Origin: Raillietiella orientalis
Lineage: Eukaryota
Length of the DNA: 64,000 bases
NCBI GenBank assembly: GCA_036172245.1
Contig: JAYWIR010000050.1
Coordinates: forward strand, 558,001-622,000
Direction of reading: 5' to 3'
The translations under genes were made by a program, and so were the position numbers. Positions 46,901 to 60,600 of the stretch are shown in pieces (the stretch's first letter is position 1; every line of letters begins with the position of its first letter). The notes under the pieces were generated by a model. It was not told where the DNA came from, did not search any database, and was given only the letters and a program-made list of their open reading frames with translations.

Positions 46901-48395
46901 GGCGAGTGGGTCGCTCCTCTCTCCCTCCCTCTCCCGCTCCTGGGATCTTTGGCTCCGGTAACCATGGCGAAAAAGAATCAGTCGTCTCCCGGCTGCTGGC
47001 CAAGTAGGCGCTCCATTCAGACCCCACCCCCACCCTCTTCCCGCTCCGGGAAACGCTGAGGGAGGGGAGCAAAGAGAGGAGACACGGCGCTCGGGGATCG
47101 AGTCGGTGATCCCGATGCGGGGTGCTCGCGCACCGTGTCGTTCGGAAATCGGACTCCAGAAACCGGGGAGCAACAGATGAGGATGTGGCTCTTTTCACCC
47201 CACACACACGACTCCTGCACTGAAACGGCGATGGCACGCGACCCAAATTACGGAGCCACCCACCACCACCATTATCATCGTCCCACGCCGTCACTGTCGT
47301 CGTCGTCATCATCATCATCATCGTCACACCACCCACCTCTTCCTCCTCCACCGCATCGTCACTACTGTCATCATCGTCGCCATCAAGAGCACCACCACCA
47401 TGATCATCATCATCATCATTGTCATCACACCATCCTCCTCCTCACCATCACCACCATTCCGTCGCCAACGTTGCCGTCGTCAGCACTGACATCACCACCG
47501 TGATTGTCACCGCCATCGTGAATATTATCGTTGTCGTTGCCATTACCATCACCGTCACCGTCATCGTCCACATCGTCAGCGTCAGCGTCATCATAATTGT
47601 TATCGTGGCTACCATCATCACGTTGCGTCCACAGTCGTCGCCGTCGTCGTCATTGTCATCACATCGTCACAGGCACCGTTACCACCATCATCGTCATCAC
47701 GATCGTCGCCGCTGTCGTCGCGGCGATTGTCCTTATCTTGACCACTGTCGCCGCCATCACACCGCTACCACCGTCGTCATCGTCTTCTTCGTGGTCTTCG
47801 TGACCGTCGGCACCGCCTTAGCTGCTTCTCCGGCGCGCAGAGGCCGCCCGCTCTCCGCCGTTTCCCCTTCGTTGGCTGTGGAGGGTGCGCAGCGACGGAG
47901 GGAAACGCGCGTGCACCGCCTGTTCCAGGAACATCCTTCAAGCTGATCTCCTTCATCTTCCTCCTGCTGCTTCCCCTGCTGTGCACCTGCTTCCTCCTGT
48001 GCCTGTGCGCGCGGTGGATGCTGCTCACCAGGAACCTGCGGAGGCAGATGCAACCACCGGGACAGCCCCCCTTACTGGCCCCTCCCCCGTTCTTCAGGCA
48101 ACCAGTGGAAGGGTCGAGTACGTTCCTCCAGCCCGGCCCGGCCCGCCAAGCGCGATGCTTTTCCGGTCCTTCCCCCGGGAGGCCGGGCCGAAGAGACGAG
48201 AGGGGGGGGGGCACAGGGGGGTCTCCTCCTCACTTCCCGCTGCTTTCAGGCGTCGTGTACGTGCAGATGGTCCCTGTACCCGGTCAGCAGCAGCCACCAC
48301 GACTCGCCCTGGACCACTCCTCTGCCTCGGTCCTGGGCACCGGGGCCTCACCCTTCGAGGAGAGGAACCGGCGCCTCCGGTCGTTCACCATGTGA
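34972..48395 (+). CDS. Chymotrypsin-family (S1) serine protease, probably type-I membrane anchored; join(34972..35202,35527..35630,35690..35851,35897..36176,40135..40244,45349..45473,47929..48117,48250..48395), ~448 aa
   Basis: Signal-like N-terminus, CG...RER|ILRG activation site, YPWQV, CGAALI, TAGHC (His), DVAL (Asp), PICLP, AGWG, CK|GDSGS (Ser), GVVS, VPWINGIL. All junctions are phase-compatible (1347 nt). The protease domain is high confidence; linkage of the last two exons (TM segment and tail) rests on phase only. Confidence 0.85.
42929..43012 (-). mobile_element. Possible tRNA-derived SINE head / decayed tRNA-like sequence
   Basis: Minus strand has an A-box-like AATGGTCGAGCGC and a T-arm/B-box CGGGTTCGAATCCCG; no clean cloverleaf. 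Confidence 0.3.
47255..47805. repeat. Degenerate (CAT/CGT/CAC)n trinucleotide tract (intronic under the protease model)
   Basis: catcat/cgtcgt/caccac runs producing low-complexity poly-His/Ser/Ile ORFs. Confidence 0.85.
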
Positions 48396-49004
48396 CGGCG
48401 GTGGCGGCGCCGCTCCCATGGGGCGCGCAGGAGCAGCAGCAGCAGCAGCAGCCCCGCCAAGGACGCTCCCGGAATCGAATAGACGAGTCCCCGCCCGCCC
48501 ATCCGCCTGCCTGGGTCTTCGGGCGACCGCCGCCCCCGCGTTCGTAGGGGGAGAAAAAAACCGCCGGGGAAGGTAGCGAGGGCGCGCGAGACAGCAGGGC
48601 GTCCCACCTGAACGATTTGGGCTGTCCACTCTGACCCGGGGAGCCAACCTTCTCCCCATCCTCCACGAAGAAGATAAAGGGAGGATTCTCTCCTCTCCTC
48701 CGCTTCCCTCACTCCCTCCTTCCCCCGCCGCTGCTTCTCAGTCCGGTAACAGCGGAGGCGCGCTGCGCCCCCGCTTGCATCATCCAGATGTCATCTGCGG
48801 CTCGGGTGCGGGAAGCGGGGCGCGTATCGACCCCGGGATGCGCGTATCCTTTGCCGCCTCCCGGACCGCCCACCCAGCGGTTCCGGCGACGGGGTAGGAT
48901 CCCAGAACCGCCTCTCCTCTCTCGACGGGGCTCTCCGGCAGGCGTGCACGTGGGCCCGGGACGCAGACCACTCACAAGCACAGGCAACGAGTCAAGTGGG
49001 CAGC

Positions 49005-49390
49005 TCGCCGCCGTCGCCCCTGTCGACAGCGACGGCGTCGGCATTGCCGTCGTCGGCAACAGCACCACGGACGTCACTACCATTACCAGCAGCAGCAGCA
49101 GCGGGAGGCATGCTGCATCACCGCCAACAAAAGCGAGCAGCATCCAATCAACGGCGACATCCCACATCAACACTACCACCATCGTCAGCGACAGCAACAA
49201 CATCATTAGCGTTGCCGCAGCCACCATCACCGTCACCACGATCTGGACATCACACCGGTCTCACCAGCCAGCAACAGCAACCACCGACGTCAACGTCGTG
49301 GTTGTCACGCCGAGGAGACCGCCCGCCGCCACCAACGTGACTGTCGCGATCCATGACTGCTGTCCCCGTCGTTGTGGCGGTCGCTGAGGT
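49005..49390. repeat. Degenerate trinucleotide (CAG/CAC/CGT/CAA) tract
   Basis: 3-periodic low-complexity sequence similar to 47255-47805. Confidence 0.6.
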
Positions 49391-51639
49391 GGTGGTAGCG
49401 GGGGTTCCGCCTGCACGCGGGATTGTGCATGAGATCCTGGCACCTCTAGGAGATGGCGCCGCGGAGCTGACTCCGCCACCGCCTGGATGGCACCCTGCCT
49501 CCCCGCAGAGGAACCAGGGGAAACGGCGCGGGAGAGAGGCGAGAAGAGCGTGTGTGAAGGGGGGAGGGGAATCGAGATGGCGCTGCCCGCACGGAGGGAG
49601 GGGGGTGAGGCTGGACATGGAGATGGATGGAGGTCGCGGAGGGCGGGAAGGAGCAGCGCGTCGTCTTTCTCGTGCGACGACGGTGGTGGTGGTGGCAGTG
49701 GCAGGGTAGGGTGAGTGCACGGGCAGCCGGCTCTTCCGGTCGCCAGAAGGCACGCGAGACAAGGAGGCGCACCACAGTAGACATCCGGTCCGTTGACCGT
49801 CCGCCGCTCTGTCGGGCTCAGCCGGAAGCGGACACAGCGGGAATGCGTTCGCTTCCGGCCGCCAAAGGCAGCTCGCAAGGGACCCCTCCTTCCGACCCCC
49901 TCCGTTTCAGCCCTACCCTCCACGGACGCCCCAGCTCGCGGAACGGGAAGGTCGCTGCCTCTCTAATCGGCGGCGGCAGTCCGGGATCTTCCGCCGGGAG
50001 CGAGGTCTCAACGCCACGGCCCTTGCCCGACGGCTCCAGTGACGTCCCTCGGGCTGCTACCGCACGCCCAAAGGAAGGTGCCGGAGGGCAGGGTGGGCGC
50101 TGCTTCCGAAACGCATCCGGAACGCACCCGACGAGCAGAAGCGCCTGGCGAGGCGCGCGAACGGGATGTGCCGAAGAACGGGAGGAGTGGCTCGCGGAGG
50201 GTTCGTCTCGCGCGTGGGTGGTCCATGAGGAATTTCCTTGGCGCGCCGAAGGGAAGGCCTCGGGAAGGAAGGCAGGGAGCGGGAGGCAGGCGGGTCCGCG
50301 AGGGAACGCGCGCTCTCGCGGGAAGCGGACGTCGGCTCCGGCGTCAGCACGGCACCGTCGCGCCGCGTGGTTGGCTGCACCATCCGACCGGAGGAGACGC
50401 GGGCAAGGGACAGAAGGAGACACCTCCTCGGGCGCACGAGGAAGGAGGGAAGGAGCTTGGCGAGAGAGAGGGGGGAGGAAGGGCACCTCACCCCTCGGGA
50501 AAAAAAAGTAGAGGGGGCCACAAGGGAAGGGGAGACACGGGGAGCTCGCCTGGCTTGCGTGCGCTGTGTCCACCGACCACTGCAAGAACCGCAAGGAGCT
50601 CTTCCAGGTTCTAGAAGGCACGTGGGTGAAGGAGGGGAAGGAAGAAGAAGAGACGCCGGCCTTGGAGAGTCGACAACGACCTCGTTGGCTCGGGGGGTCC
50701 ACGTCTCCCGGGTGAACGGTCGGAGTGACCCTCCCGCGCCTCCACCTTGCGGCCGGCAGAGGACGTGCCCTCTGCAAGAACGGGGGCGTCTCGGCAAGGC
50801 GAGCGCTCCCCAGGCGGCCTCGGCTTTTTTGCCGCGCAGATCCCGTCCGCCGATCCCGGCGAGGTGGCTCACGAAGCAGCGGAAGGCCTACGGCAGCCGC
50901 CCCTAGAAACCGGGGGGTGCGCTGGTCCGTGAAGTCGCGCGCGATACGCTTGGGGTTCGTCTGGGCGTTTCCCAGCTACGGAGGAGGGGGAGCGAAGGGA
51001 ATAAACAGCTACCCCCCTTCTTTAGCTGTGATGCTACGGAGAGCATCCCGTCGCTGCCCCCCCCTCGGCCTCGGAGGTGCACCGAGAAGGCATGCATCGG
51101 TCTCCTCCTCGGGCACCTTCGGGCGGCGGCCCTCAGCCACGGAGAGGTGGGGAGCAATCCCGGCAGGGGGAAGCTCAGTGCTCGACCCCGTCTCCCCTTC
51201 GCCCCTTGAGCAAACTCCCCGCGCCGACCCTTCCGCGCATCAAAAATGCATGCGGGGCTCCCCGGAGATGCGGCGACCCGCTGGACTCCTAGCAACGAGG
51301 CGGGAGGAGCGAGCGCGAGAGAGGAGGAGGGAGGCAAGCCGAGGGCGCGCAGGGGCACCTCGGGAGCGCACAGCACGGCCCTGCAAGAGATCGGGTCGGA
51401 GTCACCCGCCCCCTCCGCGCGCGCGCGATACAAGAGCAGCGCCGTGCGCGCGCGCACGCGTCCGGGAGCGGCGGCGGGCGGGGGGGAGGGGCAACGGGGG
51501 AGGCGCGCAGAGGCGCCGCCGCCCGAACCGTGCACGCTGCGCGAAAGGAGAGGCGCATCCGAGGGAGCCCCAGCGGTGCCGCCAGTTCCGCCGCCGATCC
51601 GCCGCCGGACGCACGGACAGTCCCGCCGCCGAAGGAAAG

Positions 51640-54600
51640 ATGGCGCCTCTGCAGCTGTACCTATGGGGGGCGGCCCTCGCCCTCCTTTCCTGGCAAGGTA
51701 AGCCGCCGTCGCAAGCGGCCTCCCCCCTCCTCCCCTGCTTCCCTGGAGACCCCTGCCCTCGCTAGAGCGTTCAGTGCCGCCCCCACACTGCCCTGCTGCT
51801 CTCTGCTTCAGGTCCGCAGGCGTTCGCCGAGCATCGCTGGAGCTACGACGGCGTCGACGACGGTGAGTCCCGGAAGGGTGAGGATCCTCGCCACGCTCCC
51901 TCCAGTCCTCTCGACCCGCCGGAGGGGCTGGGGGAGGATCGGCCGCCTGCCCACAGTGGCGTGGCCCCGACGACCTCCCGACCCTCGCGCGTCGTCGTCC
52001 CCGCCCCGTGTCGTCCCGCGGAAACGCCTCCGCTGCCGGACGCGCCGCTGGCGCCGATCCGCGCGCTCGGCGCAACCCCGGGCCGCACCGGCGGCTTTCC
52101 GTTTCCCTGGGAACCCGGGTCGTGCTCGGCCCACCGCCCGGTCCGGACCAGACGGGCTGTTCGGGCGCCTGCATTGTTGCCGCGGCTGAAAACACGAGTC
52201 GCCGGGCATCGCCGGGGCAACGCGGAATCAACAGCCTCGGAGCGGAGTGCGAGCGCGCGCGTGGCAGCGGCAGGTTGCGGAGGCTGCGGGAAAGGACGAA
52301 GAAGGGGGAACCAAACTCTTCCTGTCCGAAGGAGAAGAGCGGAGGAGGAAGACGCGCGCGAGTGCGGAAATATGTACGGCGTCGAGTGACGAGTGTTAGC
52401 GCGCAGTGCATCCTTCAGCGACGCCTTTCGTGGGATATTCCTACGGAAGCAGCAGGCCGCGGGAAGAAGCACCGCTTGCAGAAAAAGACGCTCCCGAACG
52501 AAATGTGAGATGGGCGACAGAGAGCTGCCTGAGAGGGAGGGAGCAGCCACCACACCAAGGTAGGTTGTGGGGGTGTCACCGCTCTTCGATAAGCGCTCCC
52601 ACGCCTCAGCCACGGCGTGTCGCTCTTTCCCTCGTGTTGGGTGCGCGGCGGCGGGAGGTCCGAAAGGGTTGGTCGGCGTCGCAAACATGCAGTTCGGATT
52701 TCTGCAAACAGAGAAAGTCCCGGAAGGCTGGAAGGGATCCAAAGGGCTGAGGGGGCGGAACACGCCTGGCTTGTGTGCATTGCGGGGCGCGGCTGCCCCT
52801 ACGTCACGGAGCACCTGCTCGGAAGGCCCGAGACGCGGAGCGCGACGGCGGGCTCTGCCCTTAGGAGGAGAGGCGTGTTCGGCAGCCGGGAGCTGCAAAA
52901 GCACGGTGCAGCGTGTTTTTTCCAACCCGAAAATCTGGAGGTGATTCACGGGGATTCCGGAATCTGCAAAGTGCATACTTCCTGTGGCGTCTCGCGGAGT
53001 CATCCGCGCCTCCGTGGATGGGAGGGGAAAAAAATGAGCTCACTCAAGAACGCAGGAAAGGGGCGCGCGATATGGCTGTAAAATCCGAAAAACAGTCGAC
53101 TAAGAGCACCGGAAGCAGAGTAAGGCTGCCGTACGCAGTACTGTACTGTACGGCAGCAGCGAGGCAAATAAATCGGGGTCAGGATGGGGAAGGTCGCGGG
53201 CTTTTTGGAAACTTCAGTTCCCAAGCGCAAGCGGCGCTCTTCGAGCACATCCTTCCTGGCGGTGGTGGTGTTTCGCACCAGAGAGGGGGAGGGCAAAGCG
53301 AAAGGTGAAGACGGCAGCCTACAACTCGAAGCATACATCCCGGAAGGAGCTTCTCCTGGAAGGAGGGGATGGCACGCCCTTTGCCACAGCGCGGAAAGGT
53401 GCACGCATTCTTCCTGCACCTTTGATGCTTCCGCACGCAAAACCCTTCGGAGAATGCCAAAAGAAGCGATTCGGAAGGGCCGGTGGTGGCCATGACCGGT
53501 GACTGCCGAGTGAGTCTTCGCAAGCGACAAGTACAAAAGAAGGGAGTGGTGACCTGAGGCGCGCGGGCAAAACGACGAGGTCACCGGGACCCGGGCTCTC
53601 CGCGCACGCTCGAGAACGAGAACCGCTCCCGAGTTTGCGGAACGAGAAAGAGGGAAGGGGGGGAAAGGCGCTCCTGGAGCACTTGGAGCGGTCGCGCCAT
53701 CCGTTCCTCAAGTCTCTCAACATGAACGCCCGTGCCCAGCCTCTCAAGCCGCTTTGCGTCACAGCTCCGAGGCATCCGTGGGTGGTGGATGAAGGTCCGA
53801 AGAGGAAGAAGGGTGGAGAAGGGAGGGGCGGGTTCCAGTTTCCGAGCAATAGGTGCTCATCGATCCGCAAGACCAATGCTCGGTGAGGTGCCTCCTGGCG
53901 AAGACCGCTTTCAGCGGAGAGACGGTGCACCGAGGATGCGGACCTGTTGCAAAAGTAGCGTTGGCGTGCGAACCAGAGCGAGCGTTCCTTGGGTTCGCTG
54001 GCGGTGGCGGGAAAGATCTTCCCGTTACCGAACCCTGGGCCTTGCGTTTCATCCAGGGCGCGCCTGGCTGCCCCTTCCGAGCAAACAGACGAAAGGAGTC
54101 GGAACGGTCCGACCCGAGAAGAAGTTTGCCTCACGGAAAGCAGCCAACCCGCTTGGTTCCACTGGCGGAGGACCACGTTTCGGATGTTTCAGGTCAGCAT
54201 CAGTGGAGTCATCTGTTTCAAACATGCGGCGGGAAGTCTCAGTCTCCTGTCAACATCGCGAGGTGGGACGAGTACTTTGTCAACTTGCCAAACTTCGTAT
54301 TCAAAGGGCACAACATTAAGCCCAAAGTGGTCACCATTTCCAACAACGGCCACACGGGTAAGTGCTTGGCGCCACCTCGGTGGACTCCCCAGTTTCGTAA
54401 AAACAGCTCTTCTCTCCCTCTCCTCCGCCCCCCTTTCCGTTTTTGACCCTCTGTTTTTTTTTTTTTTTTTTTTTTGCCTTTCTTCCGCTTCCGCAGTCTG
54501 GCTGCTTTCTATCGCTGAAACCACCTGCTAGTCGTCCAAGGACCTACGACGCTGCGCTCTCTTTAATGTCTTTTAAGCGCATTTCCCCCCCCCCCCCCCG

Positions 54601-57600
54601 TTGAAAACTTCGAGTTACATCCGCCAGTTTTTCCTAGGCGACGCAACCAGGAACTGCAAAAAGCAGTTTTCCTCGACGAAACTTCTCTGTTGCTATCCAG
54701 AGTGCAAGATGCAAAGATTTTACCTGCATCGGCTGCAATGCAAAAAACACACACACACACACACACACTTTTTTTTTGTTTTTTTTTTTTCCCCTCATCC
54801 CCCAGAAATCCACACGATTTGACATGACGTTCTTGTTTCTTTTCATCCCTTCACTGCTTTGGTTCCAACAGGTTGTTCTCGGACGTTCCTGCTGGCTTCC
54901 TCGCAGTCCAAAGACCCCACACCCCCTGTACGAGTTGGGCGCTGCCCGCTGCTGTTCCGTGTACACTGGTGAGCAGCGGAGCCTACCGCGACTGGAAGGA
55001 TGCGACGGTCATCGCGATCTCTTGGAACCGGCGACAGTCGCTCCCTTGCGGAGTGCCACGAAGAATCGCATTCCCTGGACGTCGTTTTCCTGCTCTCCGT
55101 GGGCACACGTGCAAAGAGCGGGAAACGGCGATCCCGTTTCCCGTGAGGGCGCACGTGCCCACGTTCACTCCCGCCTCGTACTTTGCGCGCGGCAGCGGCT
55201 CTCCCGCCTATTCGTTTCCCCACTTGCAATCTTTACCGTGTTGGGTGTCCTCGGTGTGCAAATCCGGGAAGAAACGAACCGGGCTTCTTCCCGATCAACC
55301 ATCCTGGGAGAGGAACCGTCGACTTTTGCTCCAATAATCTCGGGACGTTGCGATTTCGAGCGCCTGTGGTCAAGCAAGTCAGCGATGGTAAAGGAGGAAG
55401 AAGCAAACAGACGGATGTCTTTTTTTTTTCCTGTTTCCATGTATCGAGTCCGATCTTTTTTTTCCGTGCAAGGGCTCGACGGGCCCGTCGCTCTTGGCCT
55501 AGCTGCATGCGGCGTTGGTAGGAGCTCTCGGTGAGCACTGGACCGGTGCACTGCGTGGCTTTTCTGATCGACCCTCGGGTGGTCAAAGCGTGCGAAACGG
55601 AGATCGTGCGGGAATCGGAATTCCAGCTTCGATGATAATGCGATCATATAACACCCACGCACGTCCTTGAACACAACATCCCCTGCGTAAGGACTTCCTT
55701 CCTGTCTCCCTCTTGACCGACAAATTCCATCCGCGCAAGCGGCGCAAGCACGCGCGTCCATCGTAGCATCTTCCAATGCCATCAGGTCGATGTCTGTAGA
55801 AGAATCGGCGTGTATACCTCTGTACAATTCGAAAAGCTGCGCGCACGCCTTCGTTGCCGATTGCTCTCACTTTGTTTCTGTTCCCAAAGTGCAATTGCAA
55901 TTCACTTACACTGGACCACAACCATCCGTAGCGGGAGGAGGACTTCCGGGAAGATTCCTCTTCCACAGCTTGCATTTCCACTGGGGCAACGCATCGGATC
56001 ACGGATCGGAACACTCCCTGGACGACATGCGGTGAGTCGAAAGTGGTCCAAACATTTCACGGAGCATCTTCGCGAGTTGGGCATGCAGCTTGGACCGGGA
56101 GTGCGTTGGACCGAACGGCCTTTTCCGCGCTTTCCCGTTTCCGAATCTGCCCAGAAACACCCTCCGTTCGCATTCAGCTGCTCCGACCGAGCTCCTACAC
56201 AAACCCCCACGTAGGGCATATGCCAACCCAATTAGCGCAAGTGTGTGACGTGGACCACGAGACCGCGCTGTTCCCAAGGTGCCTTTCCGAGTGTCACCAG
56301 GAAACGTGGAAAAGCGAACGGAACGGACAAGAAGCAAGTTGGAACGCTGCTGAGAACGAGCAGACCGCTGTCAGCCCTCTTCGCCCGAATGAGGCGCGGG
56401 ACCAGGGAGCCCCGAACGACGACCAACAGCAAACCGCCTTGGAGACTGTGCTGCCCGGAATTCCGTGGTGCTCAGCTCCGTAGGGCAGATGGCGGGGACA
56501 ACCGCGACCGTTCAAACCGCAAATGTTCCTGGGATGTTTCCAGTGAGTTTCCCGTGTTCTTTCCCGAAGAGCCACGATCGAGAACTCCCTCGTTTGCTGT
56601 TCTCTCGGTTCGATCGGTTGTCGGCTGGCTTACGAGATGAGCAGGGGCGAGCTGGGCACAGGTGTCAGTTTCGACGGTTATCCGAGTTTTTTCCGGAGTT
56701 TTCTTTTCCGTGGCCGTGGGTCCTTCCCAAATGCTCGAAGGAGATCGGAAGGGAGTTTTTCGGTGATCTGGTCGAAATCGTGGCGGAAATGCAATGTCTG
56801 CCAGTTTTCTCCATGCTGAGGAGGGAACGCTCGCACCAAACACGCAGCGCAGGCAAGAGAACCAGAAATTCCCAGCTGGCAGAGGCAGTGCGTACAAAGT
56901 AGGGATGAAATGCCTTTAAAGGAACCTGCTGCAGGGAAAAATCATCTGGATGGATGGAAGGATGCAGGGAACTCTGAGCGTTGGTTACAATAAAGAAAAT
57001 AGCAAAAAGAAGAAAAGGTTCGTTCCGTGGAGACAAGCGGCAGGAGGTTCCCCGCAGCTTCCGCAGGACCACTCGGATGATCTGAACTCGAAATCATTCG
57101 GTGCTCGCAAGAATGGCACAAACAACAGGTCCACTTGAATTGCAGGATTTTTTTTACGAATGGGACTCGTTTCCTGGAGGAATTCTGCAAAGAAGCATGT
57201 GATTTCAGGTTCAGGAAAGTGGCGGATTTTCTTTTTTGAAAGAAAAAAAGAAAAAGAAAGAAAAGGCCCATCGATTTTTCGGTCGAACCTCGGAAATCGG
57301 GTCCATCATGTCTCATCGCATCCTGAGGATGCTGGTTTCCTTGATCGTGCAAACAAGTTTCACTCTTGTGACGCCATGGTGCGACATGAACTCCGCCTAA
57401 TTGGCAACACGGACGTTCTTTCCAGATATCCAATGGAAGTCCACCTTGTCCATTACAACTCCAAATACAGCTTCACCAAAGCCCTGGAGCACCCGGATGG
57501 AATAGCAGTTCTGGGATTCTTTTACCAGGTGAGGCACTTCGTGAGCATTGCGAACTCCATTTCGGTGAGGGCGGAATACGCAGACGCAAAGGACGCTTGC

Positions 57601-60600
57601 TCTTGGCTCTTGAGGCTATTGGTTTTCCAAAGTCCATTGGCTGCTACCAGAATTTCAAAGAATGGATGAAAAGGTCTTCGCGTGATGTACTGAGTGTTGT
57701 GAGCACGCATCCGAAGTGTAGTCGCTTTTTCTCGTGTCCATCCTGGGTAGATGTTCGTGATTTATCCCAGTGGTCCTACTTTTGTGGCGCGTTCCTTTTT
57801 GATCACTTTTCACCTACCAGACTCCGCTTGCAGTGCATCTTTCCGGATTCATTTCCCATACTTGAATGTTCCCGATACTCGGATATAACCTTCAGTTCCC
57901 AATACTTGAATTTCGAAGTTGCGGCGAAACCCTTCCTCAAAAACATTCTTCTGTGACTCCTTCCTTGGCGTTCTTATCTCACTCGCGCAATTTTGCGTCG
58001 CATTCTTCCTTGTCCAAGCAATGCTTTGCATTCTCTTTCCATTTCACTGATTAAGGAAGAGCACATGGTTGATCTACCGGTGACCTTCACGCGGAAATCT
58101 CGAAGTCAACTCCGGAATGTGATCTGCCGCCATTCTTGAAAACACCCAAGTTTCTCGGACAAGCAGCTCCGGGTTTTCAGAGTGTATCGAAACACACACC
58201 TTTTCTACCATTCGGTGTTTGGGAACACTGAACGGCCGACTCTCGCGTTTTGTTGTCCAAAAGCAACGCGGTAGCTTTTGCATTCCTTCCGGGTTTCCTT
58301 CCGATTTCCAAAGTGAGCTTTGCATATCCAGACGACTCGATGGGCGACGGCTCGTCTGCGCTTCCGGCAGACTTCCCTCGAGAAACGAAGGCTCCAGCTT
58401 CCCGCCGGTGGTGACGCGGGGCCGAACGAACACCGGGAAGACTCCAGCGGTGGCCATGATCCTGCAGACAGGCGCGACTGGTCGAGTAACGTGATCCTGC
58501 TACTTGCGTTCGTGGCAAAAATGCTCTTTGCAGCGAAACCAATGCTGTGACTGGCAGGGTTGCCGCTACACGTGCATCTGGTGACAGCAGAAGCTGCTGC
58601 AAAGTCTCAGAACGTCGCTTTTTTCCTTTACGTTTTTGTGTGCTTTTCGACTCGTGGACCAATGAAGAAATTCTTCGCGAAATTCTTTCGCTCCTTTTTG
58701 TCCAGGAGGGATGTTTGCTTCCCACAGCGGCGGCAGCGCACAAGTGAAAAGACGTAAACACTCGTTTGTGTGTGTGATCGTAGATGAGAATGCGACAAGG
58801 GAAAAGGGATTTCCTTCCACACGAATCGCGTGATTCCCCGGTTCAAGCAAACTGGTCAGAGTCCACGCTCGTACCGCTTCCTCAGCAAAGTTTCCAGGTT
58901 TGCAACTGCGTGGAACTTGCGGAAATCTATTCGGTTTCCTTTTCACCGTTGGCCCTGTTCCCAGGTTTTCCTCGTAGGCGTCGTTATTTTCAGACTTGGG
59001 AGCGACCACGACCACGGAGAATTTCAAGAGCGACGCGTGTTCGCTTTCAACCAGAATCAGCAGTCGTTTGCTCGATCGCTCGCCAATCAGAATAGCAAGG
59101 AAGGGGCCATCAAGGGTCCTCTGCACACGAAACACATTCTCGAAGAAAGTACGCTGCTCTTCCGGACTGTTGCGTTTTCTTCCTCCAGAAGCTGCTAACT
59201 CTGGTGGCTGACTAACGCGCTTTCTTGCTTCTACCCGCCAAGGTCGGTAACAGCGCAGGGCGATCGCAGCGATTGGAGCTTCCGAATGCACTTTTTGTGG
59301 ATTGCGCGTCGGTTCTTGCCGGCGTGGACTCGAAATCGTCCCTCGACGAAGAACGGTCGAAGGAGCAGAGCGAAAGGAGTCTTTCGCGCCCGCGTTCCTC
59401 GTCGTCCGCAAAGGACTTTCGGAAGCACCGCTTCGAAACTTGACCGCTTTCCGCGCGAAGCTGACGCCCTCGCTCGTAGAAGATTACGACGTGCTGGCGC
59501 GAGAGGGCGCTCACGCGGTTTGCCGAAGACCAAGTGTGGATGCCCGACGAAAATCAATTTACGCGAGGCCGTCTGGGAAAACAGCAGAAACGGTCTCTCT
59601 GTCGGAAAACACCATCTGGGTCTCTGGTTTGCAGTCTGCACGATCCATTTTTAGGATGACGATGCTTGGTGCAGCGTTCTCCATCGGGCATCCACGTGGT
59701 GCTCACCAGCTAGGTGCGTGCGTGTGTGTGTGTGTGTGTGGGTGGGTGGGGCGGGGAGGGAGGGAAGAGGGGATCCCCTGCCTTGCGTTCCTCCACGCGC
59801 TGGAGAAAAGTGCACCGTTCGCACCGGCCAGCGTTTGCCGAGCCCTCTGAAACAAGCTACATCACCACAGGCCGTGACGTCGAGCGCGACGCGACCACAT
59901 ACGAGCACCAGAGGAGCGGCGGTGGCGAGGGGAGCCAACACGCACGCTGCATCCGTCGGAGCGAAGCACGCGCTTGCGCGTGCTGGTGGTCTGGTGGCCG
60001 GGTTTGCGAGTGGACGGACGTCTCGCGCGTTCGTCGTCCTTCGGTGTGGAGGGCTGCGCGCGCGGGGTGGGTCGACAGGCGGCAGGCCGGGGTGGTCGGC
60101 CTGTCGCCGAGCGGAGGCGCGAGGGCCTTTCCGCCGGAAGCGGGAAAGGTGTGCAAAGCTGGAGTGCGCGCTTCTCATGCTTCGCTCACTCGTCGTAGGT
60201 GGAGGAAGCGAGTAGCAAGCTGCGCGGTTTCCTGGAGTTCCTGTCCCACCTCTCCAGCGTGACGGTGGAAGGCAGCTCCAAGCAGCTGGAGGGGAAACAA
60301 ACTTTCAGCCTGGATGAGTTCGTCTCGTTCCCTGACGAGTCGACGATGTTTCATCGCTACAACGGATCCCTGACCACTCCAGAATGCCAAGAAGTGGTCA
60401 CGTGGACGCTGTTTGAAAATTTCCAGCGCATCTCCGAGGAGCAGGTACGCCCGCGAGCGGTTTGGCGGTCGCAGTCAGCGTTCGCAACGGTTGCATGCAG
60501 CAGCAGCAGCAGCAGCGACGTTCACGTTGGCGCGAAGAGATTGGGCGCGCTTCGGACGAGCGGAACGACGACTCTTCGGACACTCACAACTCCGTGCTTT

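Noticed and set aside
42086..47173. Long ORFs inside protease introns (392 aa and 499 aa on the minus strand)
   Set aside because: GC-rich sequence depleted of stops, with homopolymer runs and no domain signal.
47135..47946. Poly-His and hydrophobic Val/Ile ORFs resembling metal-binding or membrane proteins
   Set aside because: These are translations of a degenerate trinucleotide repeat.
49627..53003. Several ORFs of 270-500 aa around the CA 5' end
   Set aside because: CpG-island-like composition; only the two short CA exons carry protein-like signal.
53100..53500. FLAVVVFR...DGSLQLEAY resembling a Penelope-like RT thumb
   Set aside because: A single weak motif with no catalytic motifs in the expected order.
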